Source: Streptosporangiaceae bacterium (GTDB taxonomy: Bacteria; Actinomycetota; Actinomycetes; Streptosporangiales; Streptosporangiaceae). From it: a stretch of DNA of 64,000 nt. The stretch's first letter is position 1, and the number at the start of each line of letters is the position of its first letter. Location: assembly GCA_051986485.1 (NCBI GenBank), contig JBPYFL010000084.1, forward strand, positions 68,498 to 132,497, in the 5' to 3' direction. The position numbers and the translations under genes were made by a program. The notes below the pieces were generated by a model. The model did no database searches. It worked only from the letters and a program-made list of their open reading frames with translations, and was not told the DNA's origin. Positions 40,785 to 51,765 of the stretch are shown piece after piece.

Positions 40785-42353
40785 TCAATCCTCGGTGTTC
40801 GCGGCCTCGGGGGCGAGCGGGAGGGCGATGCGGAACGTGGCCCCTTCGCCCGGGGCGGTGTGCACCGACGCGGTACCGCCGTGCGCGGCGGTGAGCGCGG
40901 ACACGATGGCCAGTCCGAGGCCGGCCCCGCCAGTGCTCGGGCCGCGGGCGGCGTCGGCCCGGTAGAACCGCTCGAATACGCGTTCCGCCTGCTCCGGGGC
41001 AAGGCCTGGGCCCTGGTCGGCCACCTCGAAGATCACCGCGTCCGGGAGCGCCGGCGTTGTGCGCAGCGGCGGCGGGCGGTGGCCGCGGCCACCGCGGCGT
41101 GCGGCTTCCCGATCGGCGCCGTCGGCGCCGTGCAGCGAGCCGGACCGCACCCGGACCTCGACCGGGGTTCCGGCCGGGGTGTGGGTCAGCGCGTTGCTCA
41201 TCAGGTTGCCGATGATCTGCCGCAGCCGCAGCTCGTCGCCGAGCACCAGGAAGGCCGGCCCGGCGCCCACGCTGAGCTCGATCTCGCGGTCCGGCGCGAT
41301 CACCCGTGCGTCCTGGACCGCTTCCGCGGCCAGCGCCAGCAGGTCCACCGGGTGGCGATCCAGCGGGCGCTGCTGATCCAGCCGGGCCAGCAGCAGCAGG
41401 TCCTCCACCAGCACGCCCATCCGGGCCGCCGCCTCCTCGACTCGGCTCATCAGCTGGTTCAGCTCCGCCTCGTCGAGCCCGTCGGTCCCCGGCGAGCCGG
41501 CCGCTCGCTGGCGGTAGTACTCGGCGTAACCGCGGATCGAGGTGAGCGGCGTGCGCAGCTCATGGCTGGCGTCGGCGACGAACCGCCGCATCCGGTCCTC
41601 CGACTGCCGGGCGCTGGCCTCGGACGCGGCCTGGGCCCGGAAGGCGTTCTCGATCTGGGTGAGCATCGTGTTCAGCGACTGGGCCAGGCTGCCGACCTCG
41701 GTACGCGGGTCACGGTCCGGCACCCGCAGCGATAGTTGCCCGCCGGCAATCCGCCCGGCGGTCCGTTCGATCTCGGTCAGCGGGCGCAGGCTGGTCCGGA
41801 CGACGGCGATCCCGACGCCGGCCAGTAGCAGCAGCGCTATCCCGCTGACCCCGGCGTCGATCGCGGTCAGCCGGTTGCTGGTGTGGTAGACGTCGGACAG
41901 GTCCCGGCCGACCACGAGGGTCGCCGTCTGGGCAGGTCCGTTGGTGCCTTGCGGGTAGTAGAGAACCTGCTCCGTGATCACCCGCCACTGGCCACCGCCG
42001 GACGTGGCCGATACCGTGACCGGCTGGTCGTCATGCGCGGTCAGCCAGGCACTGTCGGTGGGGAAGGCCGGCCCGGCGGGTGGAACGGCGGATCCGAATA
42101 TTGCCGGGCAGTTCAGCGGGACCGAGTTGCCGTTCTTATCGAGGAGTTCGCTCCAGTACTCCTGCGGCGCCATTTTCCCGATGCAGAGGTTGTTGTGGTG
42201 CAGGCCGAGGGTCCGGGCGTAGCCGGTGAGCTGCTGGTCGGCCTGGTCGAGCAGGTAGCCGCGCAGTGCCGACACGCTGATGACGCTGACCAGCGTCAGC
42301 GCCGCCGCGACCAGGACGAGCACCGCGGAGATGAGCTTGATCCGCAGCGGCAT
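40785..42353 (-). CDS. Two-component sensor histidine kinase (HAMP-HisKA-HATPase)
   Basis: TM1 (LISAVLVLVAAALTLVSVI) is followed by a periplasmic domain and TM2. The H-box reads FVADASHELRTPLTSIRGY. G-boxes are present (DQGPGL, GGAGLGLAIV). The start was taken at M44 of the ORF. Confidence 0.8.
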   Translation of the reverse strand: MPLRIKLISAVLVLVAAALTLVSVISVSALRGYLLDQADQQLTGYARTLGLHHNNLCIGKMAPQEYWSELLDKNGNSVPLNCPAIFGSAVPPAGPAFPTDSAWLTAHDDQPVTVSATSGGGQWRVITEQVLYYPQGTNGPAQTATLVVGRDLSDVYHTSNRLTAIDAGVSGIALLLLAGVGIAVVRTSLRPLTEIERTAGRIAGGQLSLRVPDRDPRTEVGSLAQSLNTMLTQIENAFRAQAASEASARQSEDRMRRFVADASHELRTPLTSIRGYAEYYRQRAAGSPGTDGLDEAELNQLMSRVEEAAARMGVLVEDLLLLARLDQQRPLDRHPVDLLALAAEAVQDARVIAPDREIELSVGAGPAFLVLGDELRLRQIIGNLMSNALTHTPAGTPVEVRVRSGSLHGADGADREAARRGGRGHRPPPLRTTPALPDAVIFEVADQGPGLAPEQAERVFERFYRADAARGPSTGGAGLGLAIVSALTAAHGGTASVHTAPGEGATFRIALPLAPEAANTED

Positions 42354-42549
42354 CCGGGACGACACCGACCACAGCCGGGCCGTCCCGCGGGTGATGGGGC
42401 GCACGGCGCGCGTTGCGGCCCTCGAGGCGGCGAGCCGCGGCCGGGCTGCACTGGGCGTGCCGCGGTCCGCATACCGGCTCACCGGGTCCCCCTAACCGGA
42501 TCCAGCACAACATGCCTGGGCCTGCGACAGGCCCTGGAACGGCCCGGCG

Positions 42550-43287
42550 TCAAGCCTGCGACGGCGGCAGGCGCAGCACATAGCCCACCCCGCGCAGGGT
42601 GTGTATCAGCCGAGGTCCCGAGTTGTCGGTCTTGCGGCGCAGCACCGAGACGTAGGACTCCACGATCCCACTGTCCCCGCGGAAGTCGTAATTCCACACG
42701 TGGTCGAGGATCTGCGCCTTGGACAGCACCCGGTTCGCGTTCGCCATGAAGTAGCGCAGCAGCTTGAATTCGGTGGGGGAGAGCTGGATCGTCTCCCCAC
42801 CGCGCCACACCTCGTGGCTCTCCTCGTCCAATTCCAGATCGGCGAACTTCAGCCGCGGCGGTGGCTGGTCGGCCCCTACCTGGGTGCGCCGCAGCACCGC
42901 CTGGATCCGCGCGATCACTTCCTCCAGGCTGAACGGCTTGGTGACGTAGTCGTCGCCGCCGAGCGTCAGGCCCCGGATCTTGTCGTCGGTGCTGTCACGC
43001 GCGGTGAGGAACAGCACCGGCGTGTGTGTCCCGCCGCTGCGCAGCCGCTGGACCACATCGAACCCGTCCATGTCCGGCAGCATCACGTCGAGCACGATCA
43101 GGTCGGGGCGGTGCCGCTGCGCTGCGGTGACCGCTTCGTTGCCCCCGGTGGCGGTGACCACGTCGAAGCCCGCGTACCGCAGGCTGGCACCGAGTAGCTG
43201 GCAGATGCTGGGGTCATCCTCCACCACCAGCAGCTGCGCGACCGGCTGCCGCCGCGCGGTGGCCTTCAAGCTGGTCGACTCAGTCAT
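42550..43287 (-). CDS. OmpR-family response regulator
   Basis: A receiver domain (LLVVEDDPSI ... DLIVLDVMLPDMDG) is followed by a winged-helix domain (LSPTEFKLLRYF...GVGYVL). Confidence 0.85.
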   Translation of the reverse strand: MTESTSLKATARRQPVAQLLVVEDDPSICQLLGASLRYAGFDVVTATGGNEAVTAAQRHRPDLIVLDVMLPDMDGFDVVQRLRSGGTHTPVLFLTARDSTDDKIRGLTLGGDDYVTKPFSLEEVIARIQAVLRRTQVGADQPPPRLKFADLELDEESHEVWRGGETIQLSPTEFKLLRYFMANANRVLSKAQILDHVWNYDFRGDSGIVESYVSVLRRKTDNSGPRLIHTLRGVGYVLRLPPSQA

Positions 43288-43343
43288 GCTCCCAGTGTGA
43301 CCTGCGAAGCTGGATGCTTCCTGAACGCCGGCTGCGAAGCCCC

Positions 43344-44513
43344 TCAGGCGCCGTTAGTTCCAGACAGCAAATTAGCTGGAACAGCCTGGTCGTTCTGGAT
43401 GTCGTTGAACAGCTGCGATGCCGGGTCGTGGTTCCACTGCACGGCCACACCATCGGAGGTTTCCAGCGCCGATGTGTCGACCGGGACGGTTCCGGTCTTC
43501 GTGCCCTTCAGCGCGAAGGCGACCTCCACCAGCTGGTAGAGCTGGGCGCCCTGATCCACGGTGACCGAGCCGGACGAGCCGAATGCCGCCGGGACCATGG
43601 CGAACGGGTTGAGCAGCGTGGTCGGGCTGGTCATCTTGCTCAGCAGCGCCTTCAGCATGGCCCGCTGGTCCTGCTCGCGCTGCAGGTCGCCGGTGGCGAA
43701 CGAGTGCCGGTCCCGGGTGTAGCTGAGCGCTTGGTTTCCGTTCAGCGTCTGGCAGCCGGCGTTGAGGTTGGTCCCCGAGTAGCTGTCGTGGATCGGCTGC
43801 TTGATGCACATGTTCACGCCGCCGACATCGTTGACCACGTTGACGAGGTTCTGGTAGCCGATCTCCGCGTAGTGGTCGATATGCACGCCGGTGACGGTTT
43901 CCACCGTCTGAACCGCCAGTTTCGGCCCGCCGTCCGCGTAGGAGGCATTGAGCTTGCTCTGCCCATACCCGGGGATCGTGACGTAGGAGTCGCGCGGGAG
44001 GCTGATCAGGACGGGCCCGTTGCTTCCCATGTGCAGGATCATCCAGGTGTCGGGCGGGCCCTTGCTGGGGTTGTTGGTCACATGCAGCTGCACCGACTGC
44101 TTCGGGGTCAGCCCGGAGCCGGAATCGCCGGTGATCAGCCAGTTCTGCCCGGGCCCCTGGGCTGGGCGGCCGGAATAGTCGGCGACGGCCGGGACCCGGT
44201 TGAGCCTGTGATTCATGTAGAAGTACCCGCCGATCGCGACGATCAGGATGATCACCACGATCGTGGCGATGATCTTCCCAATCCGCCGGCCGCTTCGCGG
44301 GCGCCGATAGACCGGTCCACCACCGCGATAACCTGGCGACCGCGGGGGCGCCGGGGGAGGCTGGTCCGGCCAGCCGCCGGCCCGTCTGCTGCCCCGGTAG
44401 CCGCCCGTGGGCCCGCCGGAATAGCCGCTGCCGGAATAACCGCCGCCCGGTCCAGGGGAGCCCACGCGCTCGGAGCCGCCTTCCCGGTACCAGCCTTCTG
44501 GCCACCCACTCAT
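43344..44513 (-). CDS. LCP (LytR-CpsA-Psr) family cell-envelope phosphotransferase
   Basis: A Gly/Tyr/Pro-rich cytoplasmic tail is followed by a TM (IIATIVVIILIVAIGG) and the LCP domain (LISLPRDSYVTIPGYGQSKLN). Confidence 0.8.
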   Translation of the reverse strand: MSGWPEGWYREGGSERVGSPGPGGGYSGSGYSGGPTGGYRGSRRAGGWPDQPPPAPPRSPGYRGGGPVYRRPRSGRRIGKIIATIVVIILIVAIGGYFYMNHRLNRVPAVADYSGRPAQGPGQNWLITGDSGSGLTPKQSVQLHVTNNPSKGPPDTWMILHMGSNGPVLISLPRDSYVTIPGYGQSKLNASYADGGPKLAVQTVETVTGVHIDHYAEIGYQNLVNVVNDVGGVNMCIKQPIHDSYSGTNLNAGCQTLNGNQALSYTRDRHSFATGDLQREQDQRAMLKALLSKMTSPTTLLNPFAMVPAAFGSSGSVTVDQGAQLYQLVEVAFALKGTKTGTVPVDTSALETSDGVAVQWNHDPASQLFNDIQNDQAVPANLLSGTNGA

Positions 44514-44840
44514 GTTCTGGACACCTCGCCCGTCCCGCGGTCTGGGTTGGTCTCACCTTAGACGGGGCGGGGGCGTGGTGTGGCCACCACAAGCGCGGCT
44601 GATTCCGGACCGTAACCCTCGGGCCGACGCGGACCGTTCCGCCTCCGATTCCGGCAAGGCTACAAGTCACGTTCCAGATTGCGCGTCCCGAAATTCGGAT
44701 TTGGCCTGCAAAAACATCATCGATGGCCGCTGGGCGGCGCGAGCCGGGCGTGGAGGTGGCCGCAGGGCGAACGCCACGCGAGCGGCAGGCGAGCGGCCGG
44801 GCGGCGGGGGCCCGGGCGACGGGGCCGGGCGACACGGCAG

Positions 44841-44911
44841 GCCGCACCGGGCGGGCGACACGGCAAGGCCGCGGCGGCCGGGCCGCACCGGGCGGGCGAC
44901 ACGGCAAGGCC
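44841..44911. repeat. 30-bp perfect direct repeat x2 (GCCGCACCGGGCGGGCGACACGGCAAGGCC) with an 11-bp spacer, plus a partial third copy upstream
   Basis: Read directly in the divergent intergenic region between the LCP gene and the LLM oxidoreductase gene. Confidence 0.8.
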
Positions 44912-44946
44912 CCGGGCTCCGTTCAAGCTGTCACTAGGGTCGTGAC

Positions 44947-45918
44947 ATGAGGCTCAGCGTGGTGGTGGCGGCCCGCGAGGACGACAGCCCGCCGGAGGAC
45001 GCCCTCACTACCGCGTCGCTGGCAGACCGGCTCGGCTACGCCGGACTGTGGATCGCGGAGAACCCGACGTGGGACGTATTCGCCCTGGGCGCCGTGATCG
45101 GACAGGAGACCGGCCGGATCGCGATCACGGCCGGCCCGGTTCCGGTGTCAGTGCGCGACCCGGTCACGATCTCGCGCGGCGCGGCGTCGGTCGCGGCGCT
45201 GGCCGGCCGCCCGGTCGGCGTGGCCCTGGGCACGTCCAGCACCCGGGTTGTCGACGGGCTCCATGGCCGGTCGCGTTCGGGTGCCGCCGCGGTGCTCGCC
45301 GCGAGCGCCCGCGCGGTAAGGCCGCTGCTCACCGGGGAGCCGGCCGAGCCGGGGGAGGAGATCGTCCCGCCGCAGGGTTTCGGCTGGCGGCTGGGTCCGG
45401 CCGGCGGGCCGCTGACCATCGCCGCGTTCGGCGGCAAGGCGATCGCCGTGGCCGCCCGGTATGGCGACCGGATGCTGCTCGACCTGGTGTCCCCCCAGCA
45501 GGCCGCCGTGTTCCGCGGCAGGCTCGATGCCGCGGCCGCCGATGCGTGCCGCGCCCGGCCGCTGCTCGCCGCCTGGATCCCGGCCGCCATCGATGCGGGC
45601 CCGGAGGCCCTCAGCCAGATCAGGCAGAGCATCGCCGGGTACCTGACGGTACGGGGATACGGCGAGATGCTCACCGCCGCCGGCTTCGGCAGGGCCGTCG
45701 AGATGGCGCAGGCCGGAGCCGGGCGCAGCGAGCTGCTCGCCGCGCTGCCGGACGAGGCGGCCGGAGCTGTGGGCCTGGTCGGCGACATCGCCGCGGTGCG
45801 GGGGCGGCTCGAGGATTACGCGGCCGCCGGCCTGGACGAGATCGCCATCGTCCCGGCGACGGCCGGGGACCGGGCAGGTGAGCGCACCCTGACCGCGCTC
45901 GCCGCGCTGACCGGCTAA
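44947..45918 (+). CDS. LLM-class F420-dependent oxidoreductase
   Basis: Luciferase-like TIM-barrel pattern (LWIAENPTWD ... GTSSTRVV). Confidence 0.65.
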   Translation: MRLSVVVAAREDDSPPEDALTTASLADRLGYAGLWIAENPTWDVFALGAVIGQETGRIAITAGPVPVSVRDPVTISRGAASVAALAGRPVGVALGTSSTRVVDGLHGRSRSGAAAVLAASARAVRPLLTGEPAEPGEEIVPPQGFGWRLGPAGGPLTIAAFGGKAIAVAARYGDRMLLDLVSPQQAAVFRGRLDAAAADACRARPLLAAWIPAAIDAGPEALSQIRQSIAGYLTVRGYGEMLTAAGFGRAVEMAQAGAGRSELLAALPDEAAGAVGLVGDIAAVRGRLEDYAAAGLDEIAIVPATAGDRAGERTLTALAALTG

Positions 45919-46045
45919 ACGCTGATCTGCCGGATGCTCACCCGCTGAACACCATCCCCCCCGCCGCGACGAGGGCGCCACGCTGAGCGGCGCGGAGTGC
46001 TGTGCGCGGGCACAATTCCCGGCCGGCCGGGTTGCGGCGGTCGTC

Positions 46046-46077
46046 GCCTGTTCGGGCCGTCTGAACAGGCTTGTTGT
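46046..46077 (+). terminator. Intrinsic-terminator-like hairpin (GCCTGTTC-N9-GAACAGGC followed by TTGTTGT)
   Basis: An 8-bp GC-rich stem with a T-rich trailer lies ~130 bp after the LLM gene and ~60 bp before pucR. A second inverted repeat, TTGTGGtctgCCACAA, sits at 46085-46100. Confidence 0.4.
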
Positions 46078-46134
46078 CCCGCCGTTGTGGTCTGCCACAA
46101 ACCAGCCCGGCATTCGGTTATAAGCTCGGTGACT

Positions 46135-47502
46135 ATGGCTGACAAGGCCGATACGGGGGCTGGGGGTATGTCCGGCGCCGCCGCGCTGGAAGCGCTGGGA
46201 CAGCGGGACCTCGGGCGGGAGAACACGGTCCTGCGGGAGCTGGTGACCGTGTACCGGCACCTGTCCGGACTGGCGCTACAGGATGCCGACCTGGCCAGCG
46301 TCACGCAACTGCTCGCCGAGCGCACCGAGGCCACGGTGGCCGTGGTCAGCCAGGTGATGGAGGTGATGGCCGCGGGCGCCCCGGCCAGTGTGCCGGAGCA
46401 GGCGGCCGAGGTCATCCGGGCCCAGGTGGTGCATCCCCGTCTCGGCCAGGTGCTGCGGGCCTCCCGGCAGAGCCACCGGGCGCTGCGGCTGCCGAGCGTC
46501 GGCGCGATGCCCGCCGTCATCGTGGCGCCGATCCTGGTCGGCGACGAGGTTCCGGCGCACCTCATCACCCTTGACCCGGTGGAGAAGAGCTTCGAGGAGG
46601 ACATGAGCCTCCTCGTCACCGAGCACGCGGCAACGATCTGCGGGGTCATCCTGGGCCGCGAGCACGTGGTGGCGGCGGCCGCCCGCCGTGTCCGCGACGA
46701 CCTGGTGGAGGGGCTGCTGCTCGGCCGGGGCCGCGATGACGGCGAGGCGGCGCGCTGGGCGGCGCATCTCGGTTACGATGCCGGCCGCGACCACAACGTG
46801 CTCGCCATCGCCTTCGACATTCCCCAATCCCGCGCGGCGGTGGGCGACGCCGAGGCGGTGCGGCACCGGATCCGGGACAGCATCGAGCATTTTTTCGCGA
46901 CCCGTGCTCCCGACGTGATCACCTCGGCGCACGAGACGGAACTGGTGGTGGTCGCCACCTCAGCGCCGGTCCCCGGTGACGGCAACCAGCGGACGGACCC
47001 CCGGCGCCTGGGCACCACCTGCGTCGCCCGCGTGACCGAGCTGTTCCCGGACACCTCGGTGGTCGTCGGCATCGGCGGGACCTGCCGCGATCCGCGCGAC
47101 ATCGCCCGCTCCTATGCCGAGGCTCACCGCACCACGGAGACGCTGCGGCGCCTCGGCCGGGGCGGCACCGTGACCGCGTTCGAGGATCTCGGCATCCACC
47201 GGCTGCTGCTGCAGGTTCCGGACCTGTCGGAGCTCCGGTCGTTCGCGCGGGACGTGCTCGGCCCGCTCAGCGAACACGAGCGCCAGCACAAGTCCGAGTA
47301 CCTGGCCACCCTGGCGTGCTACTTCCGGGAGAACAACAGCCCGCAGCGTGCGTCCCGGGTGCTGCACGTGCACCCGAACACGGTGGCCTACCGGGTCCGG
47401 CGGATCGAGGAGATCACCGGCCTCGATCTGGACAATTACCGTGATCGCCTGACCATCCAGGTGGCCCTGGAGATCCTCGACGCCCTCGGAGACGAACCAT
47501 GA
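46135..47502 (+). CDS. PucR/CdaR family transcriptional regulator
   Basis: The C-terminal PucR HTH reads SEYLATLACYFRENNSPQRASRVLHVHPNTVAYRVRRIEEITGLDL. A GGDEF-like middle domain is present. Confidence 0.75.
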   Translation: MADKADTGAGGMSGAAALEALGQRDLGRENTVLRELVTVYRHLSGLALQDADLASVTQLLAERTEATVAVVSQVMEVMAAGAPASVPEQAAEVIRAQVVHPRLGQVLRASRQSHRALRLPSVGAMPAVIVAPILVGDEVPAHLITLDPVEKSFEEDMSLLVTEHAATICGVILGREHVVAAAARRVRDDLVEGLLLGRGRDDGEAARWAAHLGYDAGRDHNVLAIAFDIPQSRAAVGDAEAVRHRIRDSIEHFFATRAPDVITSAHETELVVVATSAPVPGDGNQRTDPRRLGTTCVARVTELFPDTSVVVGIGGTCRDPRDIARSYAEAHRTTETLRRLGRGGTVTAFEDLGIHRLLLQVPDLSELRSFARDVLGPLSEHERQHKSEYLATLACYFRENNSPQRASRVLHVHPNTVAYRVRRIEEITGLDLDNYRDRLTIQVALEILDALGDEP

Positions 47503-47572
47503 CAGTGCTACCCGCGGACCTCCTCCGTTCCGCTCCTCGCGGCGCTGCGATGCTCGCATCGGAGGCCCGCTC

Positions 47573-49417
47573 ATGACAGTGCCGGCCCGCATCCGCCAGT
47601 TCCCGGACGTCCTCGGGCAGCGGGTGCTCGTCTGCGACGGCGCGATGGGCACGATGCTGCACGCGGCGGGCGCGGCTCTCGACCGCTCGCTGCCGGAGCT
47701 GAGCCTGTCCGATCCCGGGCTGGTCGCCACGATCCACGACAGCTACCTCAGCGCCGGCGCCGACATCATCCAGACCAACACCTTCGGCGCCAACCGGCTG
47801 TGGCTGGGCGGCCACGGCCTCGGCGACAAGGTGGAGGAGATCAACCGGGCCGCCGTCCGGATCGCCCGCTCCGCCCAGGCCGGCAGCGACCGGGAGGTGT
47901 TCATCGCCGGATCCGTCTCGCCGGCGGTGACGGCGCGGCAGCGCCGTCAGGTGGGGGCGGCGGAGCGGATGGATGTGCTGCGCGAGCAGATCCAGGCTCT
48001 GCTCGGCGAGGGCATCGACGTCCTGATCCTGGAGACCTTCGGCTATCTCGACGAACTCGTCGAGGCGGTGACCGTCGCGTCCGGCATCGCCGACGTGCCG
48101 ATCATCGCGCAGGCCAGCTTCGCCGGCGACGCGCACACCCTCGGCGGCGAGACGCCGCGGGAGGTTGCCACCGTGCTCAGCGGGATGCCGATCGCGGTGC
48201 TCGGGACGAACTGCACCATCGGCCCGCAGCGGATGCTGACCGTGGTGGAGGACCTGGCCCGTTTCTCCTCGAAGCCGCTGAGCGCGCAGCCGAACGCCGG
48301 GCAGCCGCAGCGGGTGGGGCAGCGACGCTTCGAGTTCAGCATCGACGGCAGCTATTTCGCCCGGTACCTCCGCCGGTTCGCCGAGGCGAGGGTGAGCATC
48401 GTCGGCGGCTGCTGCGGAACGACTCCCACCCATATCGGCGCCGCCGCTGCGCAGGTCACCGGGATGTCCGGCCCGCCCGCGCGCCCTGACGGCCAGGCGC
48501 CCGCGGTACCCGGCGAGGCCCGCCCACGAACCGCGGTCATCGAGGGAACGTTTTCCGACCAGCTGGCCCGCCACCAGTTCGTGATCGCCGCGGGGATCGC
48601 GCCGCCGGCCGACGGCCCGCCCGATGAGGCGGTGGAGACCGTCGTGGCGCTGAGCGGCCGCGGGATCGGCCTTTTCGCCGTTACCCAACGGGACAACGCG
48701 CGTGCCCACCTCGACTCGCTCAACCTGGCGCTGCACCTGCAGAACCAGGCCGGGGTGGAAACGATCGCGACGGTGACCACCTGGGACAAGACGATCATGA
48801 CCTTGCAGGCGGACCTGCTGGGCGCGCACGCGCTCGGCATCCGGAGCGTGATCTGCGCGACCGGCAACCCGCCCGTGCTCGGTGACTATCCGGCCGTGGA
48901 CGGGGTCTGGGAGGTGGACTCGCTCGGGCTGATCAGGCTGCTGGCGGGGCTCAACGCCGGACGTGACTCCAACGGCCTCGCCGCGGGCACCCGGACGTCG
49001 TTCTGCATCGGGGCGCGGGTCAACCCGGGCGCCCGGGACCTGGGGGCGGAGATAGCGCGCGCCCAGGAGAAGGTGCGGGCCGGAGCGCAGTTCCTGGTCA
49101 CCCGGCCGGTGTACGAGCTTGATTCGCTGCGCCGGATGACCGGCGCGCTGGCCGGTGACGGCGCTGCGGTGCTGGCGTCGGTCGCGCCGCTGCGCAGCTT
49201 CGAGGAGGCCGACTACCTGGCGCACGAGGTCCCGGGCGTGACGATCCCGGACGCCACCCTGCGGGTGATGGAACGGGCGGGCCGCGGCGCGGCGCACGCC
49301 GCCGGGCTCGACCTGGCCACGGGCCTGCTCCGGGAGGCGCGCACCCTGGTACAGGGCGTCGTGCTGGCCGCCGGGGACGGTGACGCCGCCGCGCTCGCGC
49401 CGCTGCTCACCCGCTGA
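47573..49417 (+). CDS. Bifunctional homocysteine S-methyltransferase / methylenetetrahydrofolate reductase (YitJ-like)
   Basis: The N-terminal Pfam S-methyl_trans domain carries LVCDGAMGTML ... GGCCGTTPTHI. The C-terminal MTHFR domain carries FAVTQRDN ... FLVTRPVY. The 614-aa length matches YitJ-type fusions. Confidence 0.8.
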   Translation: MTVPARIRQFPDVLGQRVLVCDGAMGTMLHAAGAALDRSLPELSLSDPGLVATIHDSYLSAGADIIQTNTFGANRLWLGGHGLGDKVEEINRAAVRIARSAQAGSDREVFIAGSVSPAVTARQRRQVGAAERMDVLREQIQALLGEGIDVLILETFGYLDELVEAVTVASGIADVPIIAQASFAGDAHTLGGETPREVATVLSGMPIAVLGTNCTIGPQRMLTVVEDLARFSSKPLSAQPNAGQPQRVGQRRFEFSIDGSYFARYLRRFAEARVSIVGGCCGTTPTHIGAAAAQVTGMSGPPARPDGQAPAVPGEARPRTAVIEGTFSDQLARHQFVIAAGIAPPADGPPDEAVETVVALSGRGIGLFAVTQRDNARAHLDSLNLALHLQNQAGVETIATVTTWDKTIMTLQADLLGAHALGIRSVICATGNPPVLGDYPAVDGVWEVDSLGLIRLLAGLNAGRDSNGLAAGTRTSFCIGARVNPGARDLGAEIARAQEKVRAGAQFLVTRPVYELDSLRRMTGALAGDGAAVLASVAPLRSFEEADYLAHEVPGVTIPDATLRVMERAGRGAAHAAGLDLATGLLREARTLVQGVVLAAGDGDAAALAPLLTR

Positions 49418-49503
49418 TCATCCGGGGTCCGGGGCGTGTATATTCGCGACAAACCCGGACACCGCGGCGGGCCGCCGGTCACGCGCGCAGTTACGGAGGT
49501 CAG

Positions 49504-51765
49504 ATGAGCATCATGGGCACCCGGGTCGCGCGGAAAGAGGACCCGCGGCTGCTTACCGCCGGCGGTACCTACACCGATGACCTGCGCGTGCCGGAACTGG
49601 CCGGAGCGGCGCAGGTCACCTTCGTTCGCAGCCCGATGGCGCATGCGCAGATCACCGGCATCGACGTCGAGGACGCCCGGAAGGAGCCCGGCGTCGTCGC
49701 CGTGCTGACCGCCGGCGACCTGGACGAGCCGGCCGGCGGCGGCGACCCGTTCGGGGCCGAGCCGCTGCTGGCGCGCGACCGGGTCCGGTACGTGGGCGAA
49801 CCGGTGGCGATCGTTCTCACCGACGACCGTTACGGCGGCGAGGATGCCGCGGAACTGGTCAGCGTCGACTACGAGCCGCTGCCGGCGGTCGCCAGCATCG
49901 ATGCCGCATTGGACGGCGGGACTCTGCTGTTCCCGGGGACCGAGTCGAACCTGGCCGGGTCCGGCGGCGACCTCGAGCCGGATCCCGCGCTGTTCGATGG
50001 CTGTGACGTGGTGGTGGAGCGCACCATCACCAACCAGCGGCTGGCGGCGGTCCCGCTGGAGGTGCGGTCGGCGGCTGCGGTCTGGGGCGACGGCCGGCTG
50101 ACGGTCTGGGTCAGCACGCAGAACTCCCAGATCGCCCGTGGTGCGACGGCTGGCAAGCTGGGCCTCGACCCGGGCGCTGTCCGGGTGATCACCCCGGATG
50201 TGGGCGGCGGCTTCGGCGCCAAGATCGGCATCGACCGGGACGCGATGGCGGTCGCGTGGGCCGCGAAGCACACCGGCCGTCCGGTGCGCTGGACCGAGAC
50301 CCGCAGCGAGAACATGGTCGCGATGACGCACGGTCGCGCCCAGAAACAGACCTACAAGATCGGCGGAACACGGGACGGCCGGATCCTCGCCTACCGCCTC
50401 GAGGTCGTCCAGGACTGCGGCGCTTACCAGCGGTTCGGGGTGTTCCTCGCCACCTTGACGCGGCTGATGACCAGCGGTGCGTACGCGATCGGACGGGTCG
50501 AGAGCGCGTACCGCGCGGTGGTCACGACCACGACGCCGATCTCCGCCTACCGGGGCGCCGGGCGCCCGGAGGCGACGGCCGCGATCGAGCGCGCGGTCGA
50601 CGACTTCGCCGCCGAGGTCGGCATGGACCCGGCTGAGGTGCGGCGGCTGAACGTGGTGCCGCCCGACCAGTTCCCGTATTCCACCCCGACCGGTGCGGTG
50701 TACGACAGCGGCAAGTACGCGCACGTCCTGGACAGGGTCCTGGAGGCCGGCGGCTACCAGGAACTGCGCGCCGAGCAGGCGCGGCGCCGGGAGAGCGGTG
50801 CGGTGGTGCAACTCGGCCTGGGCCTGTCGAGCTACGTGGAGATCACCGCCGGGGACAACGCGCTCGGCGAGACCGGCCGCGTAGTGGTGCACGACGACGG
50901 CACCGTCACCGTGTTCACCGGCAGCTCCGCCCACGGCCAGGGGCACGACACGTCGTGGGCGATGCTGGTCGCCGAGCAGATGGGCATCCCGATGGATGAC
51001 ATCACCGTCAAGCACGGCGACACCGACGACGTCTCGAGCGGGATCGGGACCTACGGGTCCCGGTCGCTGCAGCTCGGCGGCTCCGCCGTATTCCAGGCCA
51101 CGCAGCAGATCAACGAGGCCGGGCGCGGGCTGGCCGCGGAGATGGCCGGCGCGTCGGAGGACGAGGTGTCGCTGGACAAGGACCGCGGCATGTTCACGAT
51201 CACGGCCGGCGGCGGGATCGACCTGACCTGGGGGAAGGTGGCCGGTCACGCCGGGCCGGACGGCCTGTCCGCCGAGGTCAACTTCGCGTCCGACCGGCCG
51301 ACGTTCCCGTTCGGCACGCACCTCGCCGTCGTCGAGGTCGACACCGAGACCGGCAAGGTACGGCTGGTGCGGCACGTGACCGCCGACGACGCCGGCACGA
51401 TCCTGAACCCGATCATCGCCGAGGGTCAGCGGCACGGCGGGATCGCCCAGGGCGCCGCGCAGGCGCTGCTCGAAGAGGTGCTGTACGATCCCGACGGCAA
51501 CCCGCTGACCGGCACGCTGGTCGACTACGCCGCGATCTCGGCGACCGAACTGCCCAGCTTCGAGCTGATCTCCAGCGAGACGCCCACCGACCTGAACCCG
51601 CTGGGCGCGAAGGGCATCGGCGAGGCCGGGACGATCGGGTCGACCCCGGCCGTGCAGAACGCGGTGATCGACGCGCTGGCCCACCTCGGCGTGCGGCACA
51701 TCGAGATGCCGGCCACGCCGCAGCGGGTGTGGTCCGTGGTCACCAAGGCGAAGGAGGCGCAGTGA
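49504..51765 (+). CDS. Xanthine dehydrogenase family molybdopterin-binding large subunit (CoxL/XdhA-like)
   Basis: 753 aa. Typical motifs are present ([14 protein letters not shown]), and the length fits the family. Confidence 0.8.
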   Translation: MSIMGTRVARKEDPRLLTAGGTYTDDLRVPELAGAAQVTFVRSPMAHAQITGIDVEDARKEPGVVAVLTAGDLDEPAGGGDPFGAEPLLARDRVRYVGEPVAIVLTDDRYGGEDAAELVSVDYEPLPAVASIDAALDGGTLLFPGTESNLAGSGGDLEPDPALFDGCDVVVERTITNQRLAAVPLEVRSAAAVWGDGRLTVWVSTQNSQIARGATAGKLGLDPGAVRVITPDVGGGFGAKIGIDRDAMAVAWAAKHTGRPVRWTETRSENMVAMTHGRAQKQTYKIGGTRDGRILAYRLEVVQDCGAYQRFGVFLATLTRLMTSGAYAIGRVESAYRAVVTTTTPISAYRGAGRPEATAAIERAVDDFAAEVGMDPAEVRRLNVVPPDQFPYSTPTGAVYDSGKYAHVLDRVLEAGGYQELRAEQARRRESGAVVQLGLGLSSYVEITAGDNALGETGRVVVHDDGTVTVFTGSSAHGQGHDTSWAMLVAEQMGIPMDDITVKHGDTDDVSSGIGTYGSRSLQLGGSAVFQATQQINEAGRGLAAEMAGASEDEVSLDKDRGMFTITAGGGIDLTWGKVAGHAGPDGLSAEVNFASDRPTFPFGTHLAVVEVDTETGKVRLVRHVTADDAGTILNPIIAEGQRHGGIAQGAAQALLEEVLYDPDGNPLTGTLVDYAAISATELPSFELISSETPTDLNPLGAKGIGEAGTIGSTPAVQNAVIDALAHLGVRHIEMPATPQRVWSVVTKAKEAQ

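Noticed and set aside
47440-47572. SAM riboswitch upstream of the YitJ-like gene, as in B. subtilis yitJ
   Set aside because: Only ~70 bp separate pucR from the gene. I could not find SAM-I or SAM-IV consensus elements (kink-turn or pseudoknot signatures) in the region. This should still be scanned with Infernal.
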